A stretch of DNA of 64,000 nt from contig OX597816.1 of the NCBI GenBank assembly GCA_951406725.2, forward strand, positions 136,400,001 to 136,464,000. Direction: 5' to 3'. Below, piece after piece: positions 38,482 to 53,100 of this stretch (its first letter is position 1; each line of letters starts with the position of its first letter). The position numbers and the translations under genes are program-made. This stretch comes from Octopus vulgaris. Taxonomy: Eukaryota. Below the pieces are notes generated by a model, which did no database searches, was not told the origin of the DNA, and saw nothing but the letters and a program-made list of their open reading frames with translations.

Positions 38482-41400
38482 CATACACATGCATACATAT
38501 ATTATTTTTACACTATTTATATATAGTCACTACGTGTGCGCATATATATACATATATACACACACACACACACATACATACATATATATATATATGTGTG
38601 TGGCTTAGATATTTATTGGCCTGGGTATCAAGTGTTGAGTGGTCATCATGTCAGTGTCTGGCTGTTCCTTCCTTCTCAAGCCATGCCTGGCTCATAAGAG
38701 CCGGTTTCCTGGTTTCTTTGGCGTATAGGTTCCCCACCTGGACGGGATGCTGGTCCGTCGCAGGTGAGCTGCAAGATGCAGGAGGAAAGAGTGAGAGAAA
38801 GTTGTGGTGAAAAAGCCAGCAGAAGTTCGCCATTACCTTCTGCCGGAGCTGCGTGGAGCTTAGGTGTTTTGCTCTTAAACACACACATCGCCCGGTCTGA
38901 GATTCGAACCCGTGATCCCTCGACCGCGAGTCCGCTGCTCTAACCACTAGGCTATGTGCCTCCACAGTGTCTGGCTGTGTCTAGAGGTTACAGAGTGATT
39001 GAAAATGTTGGAGCCACTGTTGGTAGATAAGTGAAGGCCAGGGTCAGGAATATTATGTAAATATTATAATTGTATTTTGTACTTACCAGATAAGATTGTA
39101 ATTGCATAGAAATGATCAGGTAGGCATGTTACTTTGTCCTCATGCATCTCTTTAGCACAACCACACCTGAATTATCAATACATATAAATACAATTAATTG
39201 ATGCAACAAGAAGGAAAGACAATGCTCATGAGACTTTATTTTTTTTTCAATGTCTTTAAGATTGTTAGGAGGACGTTATCCTCAAATCGAAGATCTAGCT
39301 TGAGCCCTTACTACAAAGTAAGCTTTACTAAAGGCAGCCAAAGACCAGATGGAGGTATTAAGCTGTATATCAGGTTAAGGTTACTATTTGTTTTAATGTC
39401 CGTTTTCCATGCTGGCAAGCTGGAGAGCTGCACCAGGCTCCATTCATCTGTTTTGACTTGGTTTTTATGGCTAGATGCTCTTCCTAATGCTAAACACTTA
39501 AAGCACCTAGTGCCCTCTGTAAAGTGGTTGGCATTAGGAAGGGCATCAAGCTATAGAAACAAAACCAAAGCAAATGACTGGTGCAGCTCTCTCCAGTCAA
39601 ACCATCTTTCCCATACCAGTATGGAAAACAGATATTAAATGATAATGATACATACATACACACATTTACATAGGTTCTGTTTGGCTTTAGGAAGGGTATC
39701 CAGCCATAGAAAACATGCCAAAGCTGACATTGGGGCTCGATATATCCTTGTGACTTGCTGGATCCTGTCAAATGTCCAACCCATGTCAATGGGGAAAACA
39801 GATATTAAATGATGATGATGATGTGCAGGCATGTCTGTGTGGATTAGAAGTTCACTTCCCAACCATGTAATTAGAGGTTCAGTCTTAATGCGCAGTACCT
39901 TGGGCTAAAAGTCTTCTACTGCAACACTGGGTTGACCAAATGAAAGGATCTTCAGAAATTGGGCCTCGCTGAGGCATATGGATGAGGACTGCTGTATCAA
40001 GAAGTGCCAATCTCTAATTGCAGAGGGAATGTGTGGAAGTGGTAGACCCAGGAAGATGTGGAACAAAGTAGAGAGAAAGGAACTTCAGACACTGAGCCTC
40101 ACAGAGAGGATGACAAGGGACTGAATCTTCTTGTGGTTTGCTGTGCTTGGGAAGATATGTCAAGCTAAGTAAAATTGGGGCTGTCCTTGCATACAGGCAT
40201 GTCCCCTAATCTTTGTATATGATGAAGGATATGTATGTATATGTACATATATATGGTGGGCTTCTTTAAATTTCTGTCTACCAAATCTACTCACAAGGCT
40301 GATTAACACCCAGAGCTGTAGTAGAAGATATTTGCTCAAGGTGTCGTAATGTGGGACTGAACCAGAAACCATGTGACTGGGAAGCAAACCACACCACGCT
40401 TGCATGTACTGTATTACATAAGATTTTTAAATAAAGAATGATAAAAGACAGGCATGTGGATACAAAATTAAGATATTTTGAAAGAAGAAACTTATTTTAA
40501 TATCAGTTGGAATGTTTTATGTTTATTTTAAACTATTGCTCTTCTGTTCTGCTCCAGTGTATTTATTTATCTTTCTTTTTGCAACTTGCAGGTCATGTTG
40601 GTGTTTATTACAGAGTAAGTAGATTAATATTCATTTGTAAACTAATTATAATTTTTGCATAGTTTGTGGCAGAAATTCTACTTATGCAGTCATGTTGAAT
40701 GTCCATAACCCTGGTAGAATGAAACCACATAGAGACTGCTTTGGTGCCTCCTAAAGTATAAACAATGCTGGAATTTGCATGTCTATTGTGTCACATTTTA
40801 TATAAATTGTATAAATATATTATAAAATGGTAATCAACTCAGTATCATTAAATTGTATGTATATGTGTAAAATTGTTATTGTGTTATGTATCAGCTGCTG
40901 CATCACTTTTGTTTCATACCAGAGGTTGGCGGTCAAGGACATTGAATGTGAACACATGCAACACTTTTAGCATTTCCTTCTCTGGACAGTTATTTCCTAC
41001 ATGTAATTGAATCCCTATGATCTACTAATAATGAAATATTGTTAAGGAGACCAGCTGGCAGATTTGTTAGCACACCAGGTAAAATGCCTAATGGAGTTTC
41101 ATCCATTCTTACGTTCTGAGTTCAAATTCCACCAAGGTTGACTTTCCCTTTCATCCTTTCAGGGTTGATAAAATAAGTACCAGTTGAGCAATGGGCTCAA
41201 TGTAATTGACTTACCCACTCACCTGAACTTGTTGGCCTTGAGCCAAAATTTTAAACTAAGAGTGAAATATTGTTGATTATATCCGGTTGGAGTTGAGGGA
41301 GCAAAATGTTTTGGCACAATCGTTTTAACACAGCCAATTTGATGCTGACTCGTTTGCCATGAGACATTTTGTTTTAATGTTTCTCTCATTCTCTTCCTCC

Positions 41401-44400
41401 TTCCTCTCCATTTATATGTGTGAGTATATTTCTCTTGTGATCTAGAACATCGGGGTGACCAATTTAAATGGTCAGTGGTGTGTGTTCTATGTAGGGTCAC
41501 CATTATAGATGGTGGACTGTGGTGTGTGTTCCACGTCAGGTCACCATATTATAGATAGATGTACGTGAAGTGTGGTGTATACTGTCTAATAATGACTCTG
41601 TTGAGAAGGCTGGAATAATATATATATATAATGCCAGTTGGAAAAAGAGAGACACAACCGAGTAGAAGGTTTAGAGAGAAATTTTATTGATAGCCTAACG
41701 TGTGTCTGTGTGTGCGTCATGTATACAGAATAAATGACATACCATCATAAGAACAATGTGTATGTGTGTATAGGCATGGGTGTATGCATGTGCATTAAGT
41801 ATATATAACAATAACAATAAAGGAGAAAGTGAAAGAGTCTATAATGAGAAGTTAGACAAATGTTCATAGATGCAAGAATGAGAAATACTAGTTCTTAGTC
41901 AATTGTATATGGTGATTGAAATACTGTATCAAGAAGTTGTGGTATGTGTCGTATGAAGTTGTGGCTGTAAAGCTGCTGCCTGGATCACTTGTACAGGAGT
42001 TCTCGCAGGTTGTATTTGCTGTTAACCATGGTGAAGTAATTCACGAACAGTGCTTTGTTAGAACCTGTGCAGTGTTGCTGGTTGAGCTGTATACATAGAG
42101 ATTTTGTTGATGTCATTAAGAAGATGGTAGCGACAAAGAAAGAGATTGCCATAATGTTGTCTGGGTCACAGGTTGTATACTTGCTATTGATCCCTGGTGA
42201 AGTAATTCACAAACAGTGCTGTGTTGAAACTTGGGGCATCTGGCATTGTCACTGGAACTAGCTGTGTTTTGTGTGGTCAGTGGTTAGACCTTAAAAGGTC
42301 TGGAACCAAAGACTTTGAGATGAGAAGTAGCTAGGTTTTTATCAGGAACTATAGGCTCAAACTGAGTTAAGAACAAGCTGTCTCACATGATCTTATTTAG
42401 GAGCTCCAATTGGTTGTACACTGCATATTGGCATGACAGAGTAAGAGATAAATTGTGCCAATACCAACCAATCAAAGTAGTGGACACAACTGGGTCCAAA
42501 TAGTGGCCAAAGATTACTGTTATCTGCTACTTCTCTCTCTCTCTCTCTTTCTCTATCTGTATATGTATATTTCTGTGCATATGTGTTTGATGGGAAGGCA
42601 TTAATGTTGCGTTTTCTTTCTCAAACTATAATTTCTTTTGCCTTGTCAAAAATAAGCCAGTATTGTCAAAAAGAGTAAACTGATACTGGCATGACTGTGC
42701 GATTAAGAAGCTCACTTCACAACTATGTAGTTTCTGGTTCAATTTGACTGTGTGGCACCTTGGGCAAGTGTCTTCTACTATAGCCTTGGACTAACCTATG
42801 TCTGTGAGTGAATTTGGTATGCAGAAACTGTCAGCAGCCTCTCATATGTGTGTTTGTGTTTGTCCTCTATCATTGCTTGACAACCAGTGTTGTTTTGTTT
42901 ACATCCCTGAAACAGTGGTTTGGCAAAAGGGACTGATAGAATAAATACTAAACTTTAAAAAAGTACTGGGGTCAATTTGTTGATTTAACCCCCTCAAGGT
43001 GGTGCTCCAACATAGCCATAGTCCAAAGACCGGAACGAAGATAGAAGATAAATGAAACTCACAATCAAAACAAACTGAATTTTACTGATTTAAAAACCAA
43101 ATTCCTTGAAGTTTATTTATAGGTTGCTAAGATATCGGAAGAATGCTATTTAATTTTTTTTTTCTTTTTATATTAAAAAAGAAAATTTCTTAATGTAATG
43201 TAAACTACACCTTAATATTGTAAGGTGATGGATGAAAAGACTAAATATAAAATAAAATAGAATGGTGAGAGAAAATTGTACATGTGTGATAAAGCTATAC
43301 CAAATCAGTGAAAAGTGGGTTGAGCTAAAGTGAAAATCAGTATAATTTTTATCCACTTCACCTAAATTATTTCCATGTGAATTCAGGCTGAAAGATAAAC
43401 AGGTTATTAGGTAGACTTCAGACTTGCATTTCAGTTAGTTTGATTTTTTTTTTGATTTTTTGATTTTTTTTTTTTAACTGAAGACTTTTTTCACTGCAGT
43501 GATAAACACAGGATGTGTACCAAACTAAGTAATATGAAGGAAAACATATATGAGAACAGTTAAACATAAGTTTAGAACTCTAAGAATACTACAAGTTGTG
43601 GCAGAAGTTGAAAAAATCTACTCTCACATACTGAAGAGTGAAGACAATCCTATAACTTAGGGGATGGCCACTCCTTGAGGAATCATGCATAAATAAAAAA
43701 GTTGTTTTTTTTCTCCAGGGATGTATGTATATATATATGTATATAATAATAATAATAATAATAGGGAGTATATCTAATTTTAATTCGAATTTTCAATTGA
43801 ATTTAAACTTAATTGTTATTCGAATTGAATTATAGCCATGAAACGTACGTAGTGTTTTTACTTATTATATTATATTTAACTTTTTTATACTTTTTGGTTA
43901 GTTATATAAAAAAAAATTTTTTTCATTTAATAATTTAAAAATATGAATTTAAAATTTTAATAATTTAAATTTTATATTTTATATATATATTATGTGGAGG
44001 TGCAATGGCCTAGTGGTTAGGGCAGCGGACTCGTGGTTGTAGGATCGCGGTTTCGATTCCCAGACTGGGTGTTGTGAGTGTTTATTGAGCGAAAACACCT
44101 AAAAGCTCCATGAGGCTCCGGCAGGGAGTGGTGATCCCTGCTGTACTCTTTCACCACTCTTTCTCTCTCTCTTTCTTCTGTTGGCCTGCTTGCTTAGCCA
44201 GCGGGGTGGCGTCATTCAAAGGCTAAAACAATGCGAACGCATTGTGACCAGTGATGTGTAAAAACATCTGATGGTCTGGTCAGTCACGTGATCACGTGAT
44301 ATATATATTATATATTATATTAATTAATTTTGTTTTATGTTTCGGTTTATGTCTATCACTCTTTGAGTTGCCTAATAGTGGTTTTATCTCTAATTTAATT

Positions 44401-45244
44401 CATATATATCCTCATCATCATCATCATCCTCATCCTCATTTAACGTCCGCTTTCCATGCTAGCATGGGTTGGACGGTTCAACTGGAGTCTGGGGAGCCCG
44501 AAGGCTGCACCAGGCCAGTCAGATCTGGCAGTGTTTCTACAGCTGGATGCCCTTCCTAACGCCAACCACTCCGAGAGTGTAGTGGGTGATTTTATGTGCC
44601 ACCGACACAGGTGCCAGACGAGGCTGGCGAACAGCCACGCTCGGATGGTGTCTTTTATGTGCCACCGACACAGGTGCCAGACGAGGCTGGCAGACGGCCA
44701 CGCTCGGATGGTGTTTTTATGTGCCACCAACACAAGTGCCAGATGAGGCTGGCGAACGGCCACGATCGGATGGTGCTTGTTACGTGCCCACAGCACGGAG
44801 GCCAGTCGATGCGGTACTGGCTACGGCCACGTTCGGATGGTTTTCTTGTGTGCCACCGGCACTGGTACCACAAAGATACAAATTCCATTGATGTTCATCT
44901 ATTTTGATTTGGTTTGATTTTCACTTGCCTCAACAGGTCTTCACATATATATATATAAAATATTATATATATATATATTGTTATACTTGGGGATGATCAT
45001 ATTTTGCCAATTAAACACACACACTATATATTTGGTCTTCACTTTAGCTTTATTATTATTTTACATTCATTGTCAAAGCTCTTTCATCATACATCCCATG
45101 ACTTCATCAGTGATTCTCTAGTTCATGTATTCCTTCTAGCAAAACAAATACATAAATGTAAAATTATATATGTATGTATATATTGTGTGTGGATTTAGTA
45201 AACAGAACCTGAAAGATGCCCATTCTGTGTGTTTTATTTATTTA

Positions 45245-45290
<46 letters not shown>

Positions 45291-46363
45291 CATCATCATC
45301 GTTTAACGTCTGCTTTCCATGCTAGCATGGGTTGGACGATTTGACTGAGGTCTGGCGAACCAGATGGCTGCACTAGGCTCCAATCTGATCTGGCAAAGTT
45401 TCTACAGCTTGATGCCCTTCCTAACGCCAACCACTCCAAGAGTGTAGTGGGTGCTTTTATGTGCCACCGGCATTAGTGCCAGTCAGGTGGTACTGGTGAC
45501 AGCCACGCTCAAATGGTGCTTTTTATATGTCATCTGCACAGGAGCTAGTGCAGCGGCACTGGCAATGACCTCGCTCGACTGTTTTTTCACGTGCCACCAG
45601 CACAAGTGCCAGTAAGGCACAGCTAACGATCACGCTCGAATGGTGCTTTTTATGTGCCATATGTTTTTCCCCCCAACACAGCTTGACAACTGGTGTTGGT
45701 TTGTTTATGTCCCTGTAACTTAGCAGTTTCACAAAAGAGACTGATAGAATAACCTCCAGACTTTAAAAATAAGTACTAGGGTTGATTTGTTTGATCAAAC
45801 CTTTCAATCTGGTGCCCCAGCATGGGCATACTGCAATTATTAAAACATGTGAAAGATAAAAGAAAGATGTATTTTCAGGAACCACATAGAACTTGTTGAA
45901 TTTACCAAGAGTTGAACAATTGAAGAAATGTTTGATTTAGATGTTGAACATTCAGTATATTGGTTAAAATATTCTGAGCAACCAAATCTAATGTATTTGT
46001 ATTGATAATTTTGAATTCTGAAGAATTTTTTTCCTGTTTTTTTTTTTCTGTTTTAACCCTTTAGCATTTAAACTGGCATATCAGGCCAAAATATTCTTTG
46101 TTTTATGTTCAAACAGGCTAGGTCCAACTTCTCACATTTACCTATGATGTTACTCTTTTACTTGTTTCAGTCATTTGACTGTGGTCATGCTGGAGCACTG
46201 CCTTTAGTCCAGCAAATCGACCCCAGGACTTATTCTTTGTAAGCCTAGTACTTATTCTATCGGTCTCTTTTTGCCGAACTGCTAAGTTACGGAGACGTAA
46301 ACACACCAGCATCGATTGTCAAGCGATGTTGGGGGGACAGACACACATATACACACATACTTA

Positions 46364-46447
<84 letters not shown>

Positions 46448-49400
46448 CATACATACATACATACATACATACGATGGACTTCTTTCAGTTTCCATCTACC
46501 AAATCCACTCACAAGGCTTTGGTCGGCCCAAGGCTATAGCAGAAGACACTTGCCCAAGGTGCCACGCAGTGGGACTGAACCTAGAACTATGTGGTTGGTA
46601 AGCAAGCTACTTACCACACAGCCACTCCTACTTTGTTAGTCAAAAAATAAACAATCACAATTAAAATCTCAAAGCTATGCAATAATGTAGGATAAATTCA
46701 AAAGTGTGAATAAATAGCACTACATATGACAGAATAATCTGAATGTTAAAGGGTTAATATATTGCTTTGCTGTTTTTGTTGACTGATTCAAGTATTTCTG
46801 TCCTGTTTAGGGAGGAGCCTTATTGTGTGCTACAAGTAACCCAGGCTACCACTTCATGTTACCTTTCATTACTTCATTCCGTTCTGTTCAGGTAAGCCTA
46901 TGCTTCATTTACTTTTCGTTTTTCTTTTACACCTCAAACTTTAACAAATCATGACCCTTGATTAGGGTTGGTACACATTGACAATTATATGAATTGTTTG
47001 AGTAATTTGAATAACTTTCACCACCATCACAACAATCATCGTCGTCGTCTAGCATCCACTTTTCCATGTTTGCATGGGTCAGACATCCAAACAGTATTTG
47101 CTCAGTAAAGAAGAAATGTTAATATACCAGAGACGCTGTGAAAACTTATTCTGACAATAGAGAAATATTACCTTGCTTGGAAGCAAGTGAGGGTTGGTGA
47201 CAGTCCAAAACATCGTCTTGGATTAAATCCCTTGCCAAAACAAGTGCAATTAATATTATAAAGTATTGGTTTGGCTTGGCTTCATGCTCTTTCTTGATGG
47301 GGCTGGGGTCATTCCAAGTTGGTGGTCCCAGAGATGTCATCATGCGTAGAGTTGACCAGGTCTACCAATGCTCTCAATCACTGGTGGTCCTGTACCAGTC
47401 CCTCTGCATCCGCTAAGGTGATGTCAAGCCTCTGAAGATCCTCCTCAATTATGTCAAGCCTCTGAAAATCTTATCCAGTCACATCGAGCCTCCGGAGATC
47501 TTGTCCAGTCACGTCGAGCCTCCGGAGATCTCGTCCAGTCACGTCGAGCCTCCGGAGATCTCGTCCAGTCACGTCGAGCCTCCGGAGATCTCGTCCAGTC
47601 ACGTTGAGCCTCTGGAGATCTTGCCCAGTCACGTTGAGCCTCCGGAGATCTCGCCCAGTCACGTCGAGCCTCCGGAGATCTCGCCCAGTCACGTCGAGCC
47701 TCCGGAGATCTCGCCCAGTCACGTCAAGCCTCCAGAGATCTTCCTTAATCACATACAACCATCTAGTGCGGGGCCTCTTCCAACCCACAGCTGTATTGAG
47801 CTGAAAATTTTAATAAAGTGACTGATAAGAAAAAAATATTACAAGTTTGTCATTTGTTTATTTCCTTTCATAAATGTCTTTTCTTCTTTTGGTTTCAGAC
47901 AACCTTACAGACTGACGAAGTGAAGAATGTTCCGTGTGGCACAAGGTAAATCATTTAATTCTTAGGCAGTGGAATGGGTGCAGACAGCTGCAAACAGGGC
48001 TAGATACATTATAATATCTGGTTTGATTGCAACTGGATTGAATGTTCAAATCTTACTGCAGTCAACTAGTTTTCCACTTTCTCTGGAACCAGTAAAGTAT
48101 TCCTTTCTTTAGGTTATTATTTATTACTACTACTATTAACATCATTACCATCAGTAGTATACATATTAGTAGTCCTTCAATTTTCATTTGTATCTTAAAC
48201 ATACAGAGTAAGTGTCAGAATATCTTAATTATTATTGAGATATCTTAAGAATTAATAACTGGTACTCTGTCGGTTACAGTGATGAATGTTCCAGTTGATC
48301 CAATCAACGGAACAGCCTGCTCGTGAAATTACCGTGCAAGTGGCTGAGCACTCGCAAACATGCATACCCTTAACACAGTTTTCCTTGAGAACTAAGTTAA
48401 GAGTAGGTGTGTTTGCGGAGTGCTCAAATAACTAGTGAACTAAATTCCTACCTTGTTTATGAAGAAGATGTGACAAGCCGTATGCTTTAATTTTACAGTA
48501 CAATATATCTGAACTAAGTATGGGTAGTAGAATGGCAGAATTATTAGTCCATAAGGTAGAATGGCCTTGTGATATTTGTTCTGCATCTGAATTTTGACTT
48601 CAAGAGGTTAACTTTACCTTTTATCCATCCAAGGTCATAAAGAAACCAGTTGAGACTTGGAAAATTTGGTAGAGCATATAAGATGAGATGCCTTGTGATA
48701 TCTGGTCTAGCTCTTTGCATTCTGAGTTCAAATTGTGTTGGTGAGCAATACCCTTGTCCCCTTGCATGATACTGAACCCCTACCTCCCACCTCATCCAGA
48801 GCTCATAGTTCTGTAAACTGCATGGCAACCTCAATAGTACAGGTGGCACAAAAAGCTATGCTGTCTATGATCTAAAGTGGTTGGGGCTGGTGTTAGGAAG
48901 GGCATCCAGCTGTAAAAGTCATGCCAAAGAGAACATTAGTGCTGAAAGTAGTCTTTGGACACATTGGATCCTGTCAAGTCATCCAACCAATGCCAATATG
49001 GAGCATGGACAATAAATGATGATAATGATGTACTACAACAATGGAAATTACAAGAGATGGATATGCTCTTGGGCTAAGTTATGGTGGTGGTTGCATGCAT
49101 AAAAAAGTCATAGACAAGCTAGTGTGATGTAGAATTTATTCCAGAATATAGAACTTATGTGACAGCTCTGATAGATAAATGTTGTGTAGTAAAACCATTT
49201 TACTTTTCATTTGTTGATGTTGAGAAGGCTTTTGGTGTGCTTTCACAGCCTGTAATTTGGTGAGCAATGGGAAAGTAGATGTGCATGACAAGTTGATGAG
49301 AACTGTACTGACCATATATTTTGAAGCTGTTGAGATTAGCATTGAATCTATTGAGTGGCTTATGATACAGGTGCAAAATGTGAAAGGGTAAGTCTAAATG

Positions 49401-50158
49401 TGGATTGTATCTAAGCTAATGCAGTAGTTGGGGTTATCAAGGCCTAACATGGTGACGATGATGATGACATAGTTTAATAGCTTATATGTTTTATTTTACT
49501 TCTTTCAGTGGTGGTGTAATGATATATTTTGACCGCATTGAGGTTGTTAACAAACTGGATATAGCAGCAGGTAGGTGATTACAACAGTTTGATGTATATA
49601 TATACATTGTGATTTATGGTAAATATGGTAAAGTTTCCTTCTTGAGTCATGTTGACAGGGGCCAGTTTCTTGATTTTCCCTGATGTATATATTCCCCACC
49701 TCGACAGGACACCAATCTGTCACAGGATTACTCATTTTTGCCAGCTGACTGGACTGGAGCAATGTGAAATGAAGTGTTTTGGTCAAAAACATAACGTCAC
49801 CTGGTCAAGGAATCGAAACCACAATCTTATGATCATGAATCTAACACCCTAACCACTAAGCCATGTGTCTCCACTGTGATTTATAGTGTGAAGACAACAT
49901 AACAGTGAATTCAGCATGATATTAAATGAAAGTAAAGATCTATTTTGGATACCCTTCCAGTTCACTTACTCTTTACAGTTAGCACCGTACTTACTCATAT
50001 ATAAGTCTTACTATTTAATCCTTGATTTTAACTGAAAAGAACTGGAATGTGGTTTATATACAAGGCAAAATTGATATCAAGTTTGAATATGAAGGGTAAA
50101 AATTTTTACCAAGATTTAACACTAAATCAGGGATGTGTCTTATACACAAGTAAATATG

Positions 50159-50199
<41 letters not shown>

Positions 50200-53100
50200 T
50201 CTATTAAATTCTTAAATGATTTAGGGAGTAAAAGCAAGCAAATTGTATACTTGTTTCTTTCTAAAACTAATTTCTATTTAATCCCATTGTTAAATACATG
50301 ATATAACCCCAAACTGATTGATTTACATATATCTACATATCTAAGTGAAGGCACATGGCTCAGTGGTTAGTGTAGGGCTCACAGTCATGAAGTAATGAAT
50401 TTGATTCCTGGACCAGACTCTGTTGTGTTCTTGAGCAAGACACTTTATTTCACGTTGCTCCAGTTTACTTAGCTGTAGAAATGAGTTGTGGTGTCAAGCT
50501 GTATTGGCCTTTGCCTTGGATAACATTAGTGGCATGGAGAGAGCAGACTGGTATGCATGGGTGACTGCTGGTCTTTCAAAATCAACCTTGCCCAGACTTG
50601 TGCCTTGGTGAGTAACTTTCTCGCTGCACTCTCAATGTCATTCATGACCAAAGTGGGTCTTTACCCTTTATCTACATGTATGTAATGAGTATTGATCCCT
50701 TGGAATATCTGTTGTTATTGAACTTGCCTTATGAAATCATTTCTCTTTTTAGAATTGTTTTGGCCAAAAATTAGTTGAAACATCATAGTCATTTAGTTCC
50801 ATCTAAATTGTTATAATTATTTAATGAACAAATGCTGATATTATTTTTGTATTTTTTTTTTAAGATGGCAAACTGGCGGAATCATTAGTATGCCCGACAA
50901 AATGCTTAGTGGCATTTAGTCCATCTTTACATTCTGAGTTCAAATTGTGCTGAAGTAAGCTTTGCCTTTCATCCTGAGGTTGATGTAATTGACTTACCCT
51001 TCCCCCCAAATTTTGCCAAAATTTGAAACTGATGTTATTGTTGTTGTTATTTAAAAAATCAACATTATTTTATATTTGTAAACATTTTTATTTATTTTCA
51101 GTTCATGATATTGTTAAAAATTACACAGCAGATTACGACAAAACCCTTATTTATAACAAAATACATCATGAGCTTAATCAGTTTTGCAGTGTCCATAATT
51201 TGCAAGAAGTTTATATTGATTTGTTTGGTAAGTTTATGAATGTTTATGTATCAAATTGAGAATTCTGTTATGATAATGTAAGTTGATGTTGTCATAGTTA
51301 ATCTATCACAGCTGCTGTAATGATGGTTGAACAGTGAACTACACAGTTTGAAGGATACATATGATAGATTTAGCACATTAACTGCCATATGTACCACTGG
51401 TGGTTCATCACAAACTTCACACAACTGCCATGTGCACCACCAGTGGTACATTTTCATAATTTGAGAAAATATTTTATTCTGTATCTATGACATGGTTTGG
51501 AGAATATTGAAATAACACGAGTATTAAGTATTGAAGTTTAATTATGAAATATTGTAAAAATGTCAAAAAAATTACATTTCCTTGTAATTAAACAATATGC
51601 AATGTGACCAGAAATACATGGCGTCACCGGTAAGTTCCAGTAATGGCAGTTAATGTGTTAAGTAGAGTTTTCTTTACTTGTTATGTAATCAGTCATTTGT
51701 GTGTGAGGTGCTGAAATTGAAATATATGGAAATATACAGGAAATATACACTCACTCAACCAATAACACTGTAACAAAATTAAAATTTTTTTTTGTCTTTG
51801 GTCAGTAAGTATTATTCCCTACTTGCTTCTATCTAGAAATCAAAGGAAATGACTACTATTCCTTTCAGACTTTGCTTTTGTGACTTGGATATCAATGTTA
51901 TGAAACTGACTTATTTTCCATTATGTTTTAGACAGATTCAGTGCTGAGTTACTGAAGCAGAAATATCATGATAGCAAATATTCTACTCAATACCACAGAT
52001 TTGCTTGTCAGTTGCTTGACCATAACCACTTGAGCATGTCCCTTAGTGTCTGACAATATGTGTATCTTTGAGCAGGAGTAGTTGGGAAGCATCATAGCCG
52101 TGTGTTGAGAGGAATTCTTAGAGGTTTGAATAAATGCAACAAAAGCAAAGTTTGAAGGAAATATTAGCCCATTTTCATAATTTCTAGCAGTCCGCAAGTA
52201 GGAAATAGCAATTGCTATCCAAAGACAAAAGTCACATTACGTAGAGTAATAAGACTGGAAAACTTCAATATCACGTCTATATGTTCAAAGTGAAATGGTG
52301 TTCATAAAATGAAGGTATCCTCTCCTGGACATTACTGTCACAAGTCCTAAGACTGAGGGTTGGTTACCCAGTTTCCATAACATATAATTGACCAAGATCA
52401 CAATATTCCACTTGAATGGGATGCCAGTTCATTGCAGGGTTACTCATTTACAGGTGAATGGACTGAAGCAATGTGAAATGAAGTGTTTTGCTCAAGAACA
52501 CAATGCACTGAAACCACAATGATGTTATTTGTCAATACAACTCCCTATCCACTAAACCACACATCATCATTATATATAGCAGATGTTTAATATTTCACAT
52601 CTACATTATGTTTCAGTTATTTTGTCTCCAATTGTAATATGCAATATTACATGCAGCAGTAAGGCGGTGAACTGGCAGAATTGTTAGCATGCTGGGCAAA
52701 ATGCTTAATGATATTTCATCCATCTTTATGTTCTGAGTTCAAATTCCACCAAGGCCAACCTTGCCCCTCATCCTTTTGAGGTCAATAAAATAAGTACTAA
52801 TTGAGTACTGGGGTTGATGTTATCAACTTACCCACTCCCCCTGAACTTGCTCACCTTGTGTCAAAATTTGAAACCAATATTACATGCACCAGTGACCTAG
52901 TAGATTAGAGCATTAATATCCTTAGTTGAAGAATAAAGGTTCCTAGTGCCTGGATATGTAGAGAGGCTGACACTCTCTACATAGCCATGCACAAGACACA
53001 CTCTGTCATTCAGAAATCAGACTGATGCAATGTAAGTGTAGATTCAAAAGTCAATGTTTTATCTCTAAAGATGAATTTAATAGGACACACAATCATAATC

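Noticed and set aside
38890-38965. tRNA gene
   Set aside because: tRNA-like head continues into a SINE body and is flanked by TSDs
41600-42520. Possible solo LTR with an internal ~150-bp duplication
   Set aside because: I could not identify TG...CA ends or a TSD
44440-44907. Overlapping ~100-aa ORFs on both strands
   Set aside because: Products of a GC-rich tandem repeat within a SINE
46282-46639. YIYI/HTHT/CVCV-rich ORFs here and throughout the window
   Set aside because: Dinucleotide and tetranucleotide microsatellite translations
47474-47741. CRISPR-like array
   Set aside because: Head-to-tail repeats with no unique spacers, in a eukaryotic context
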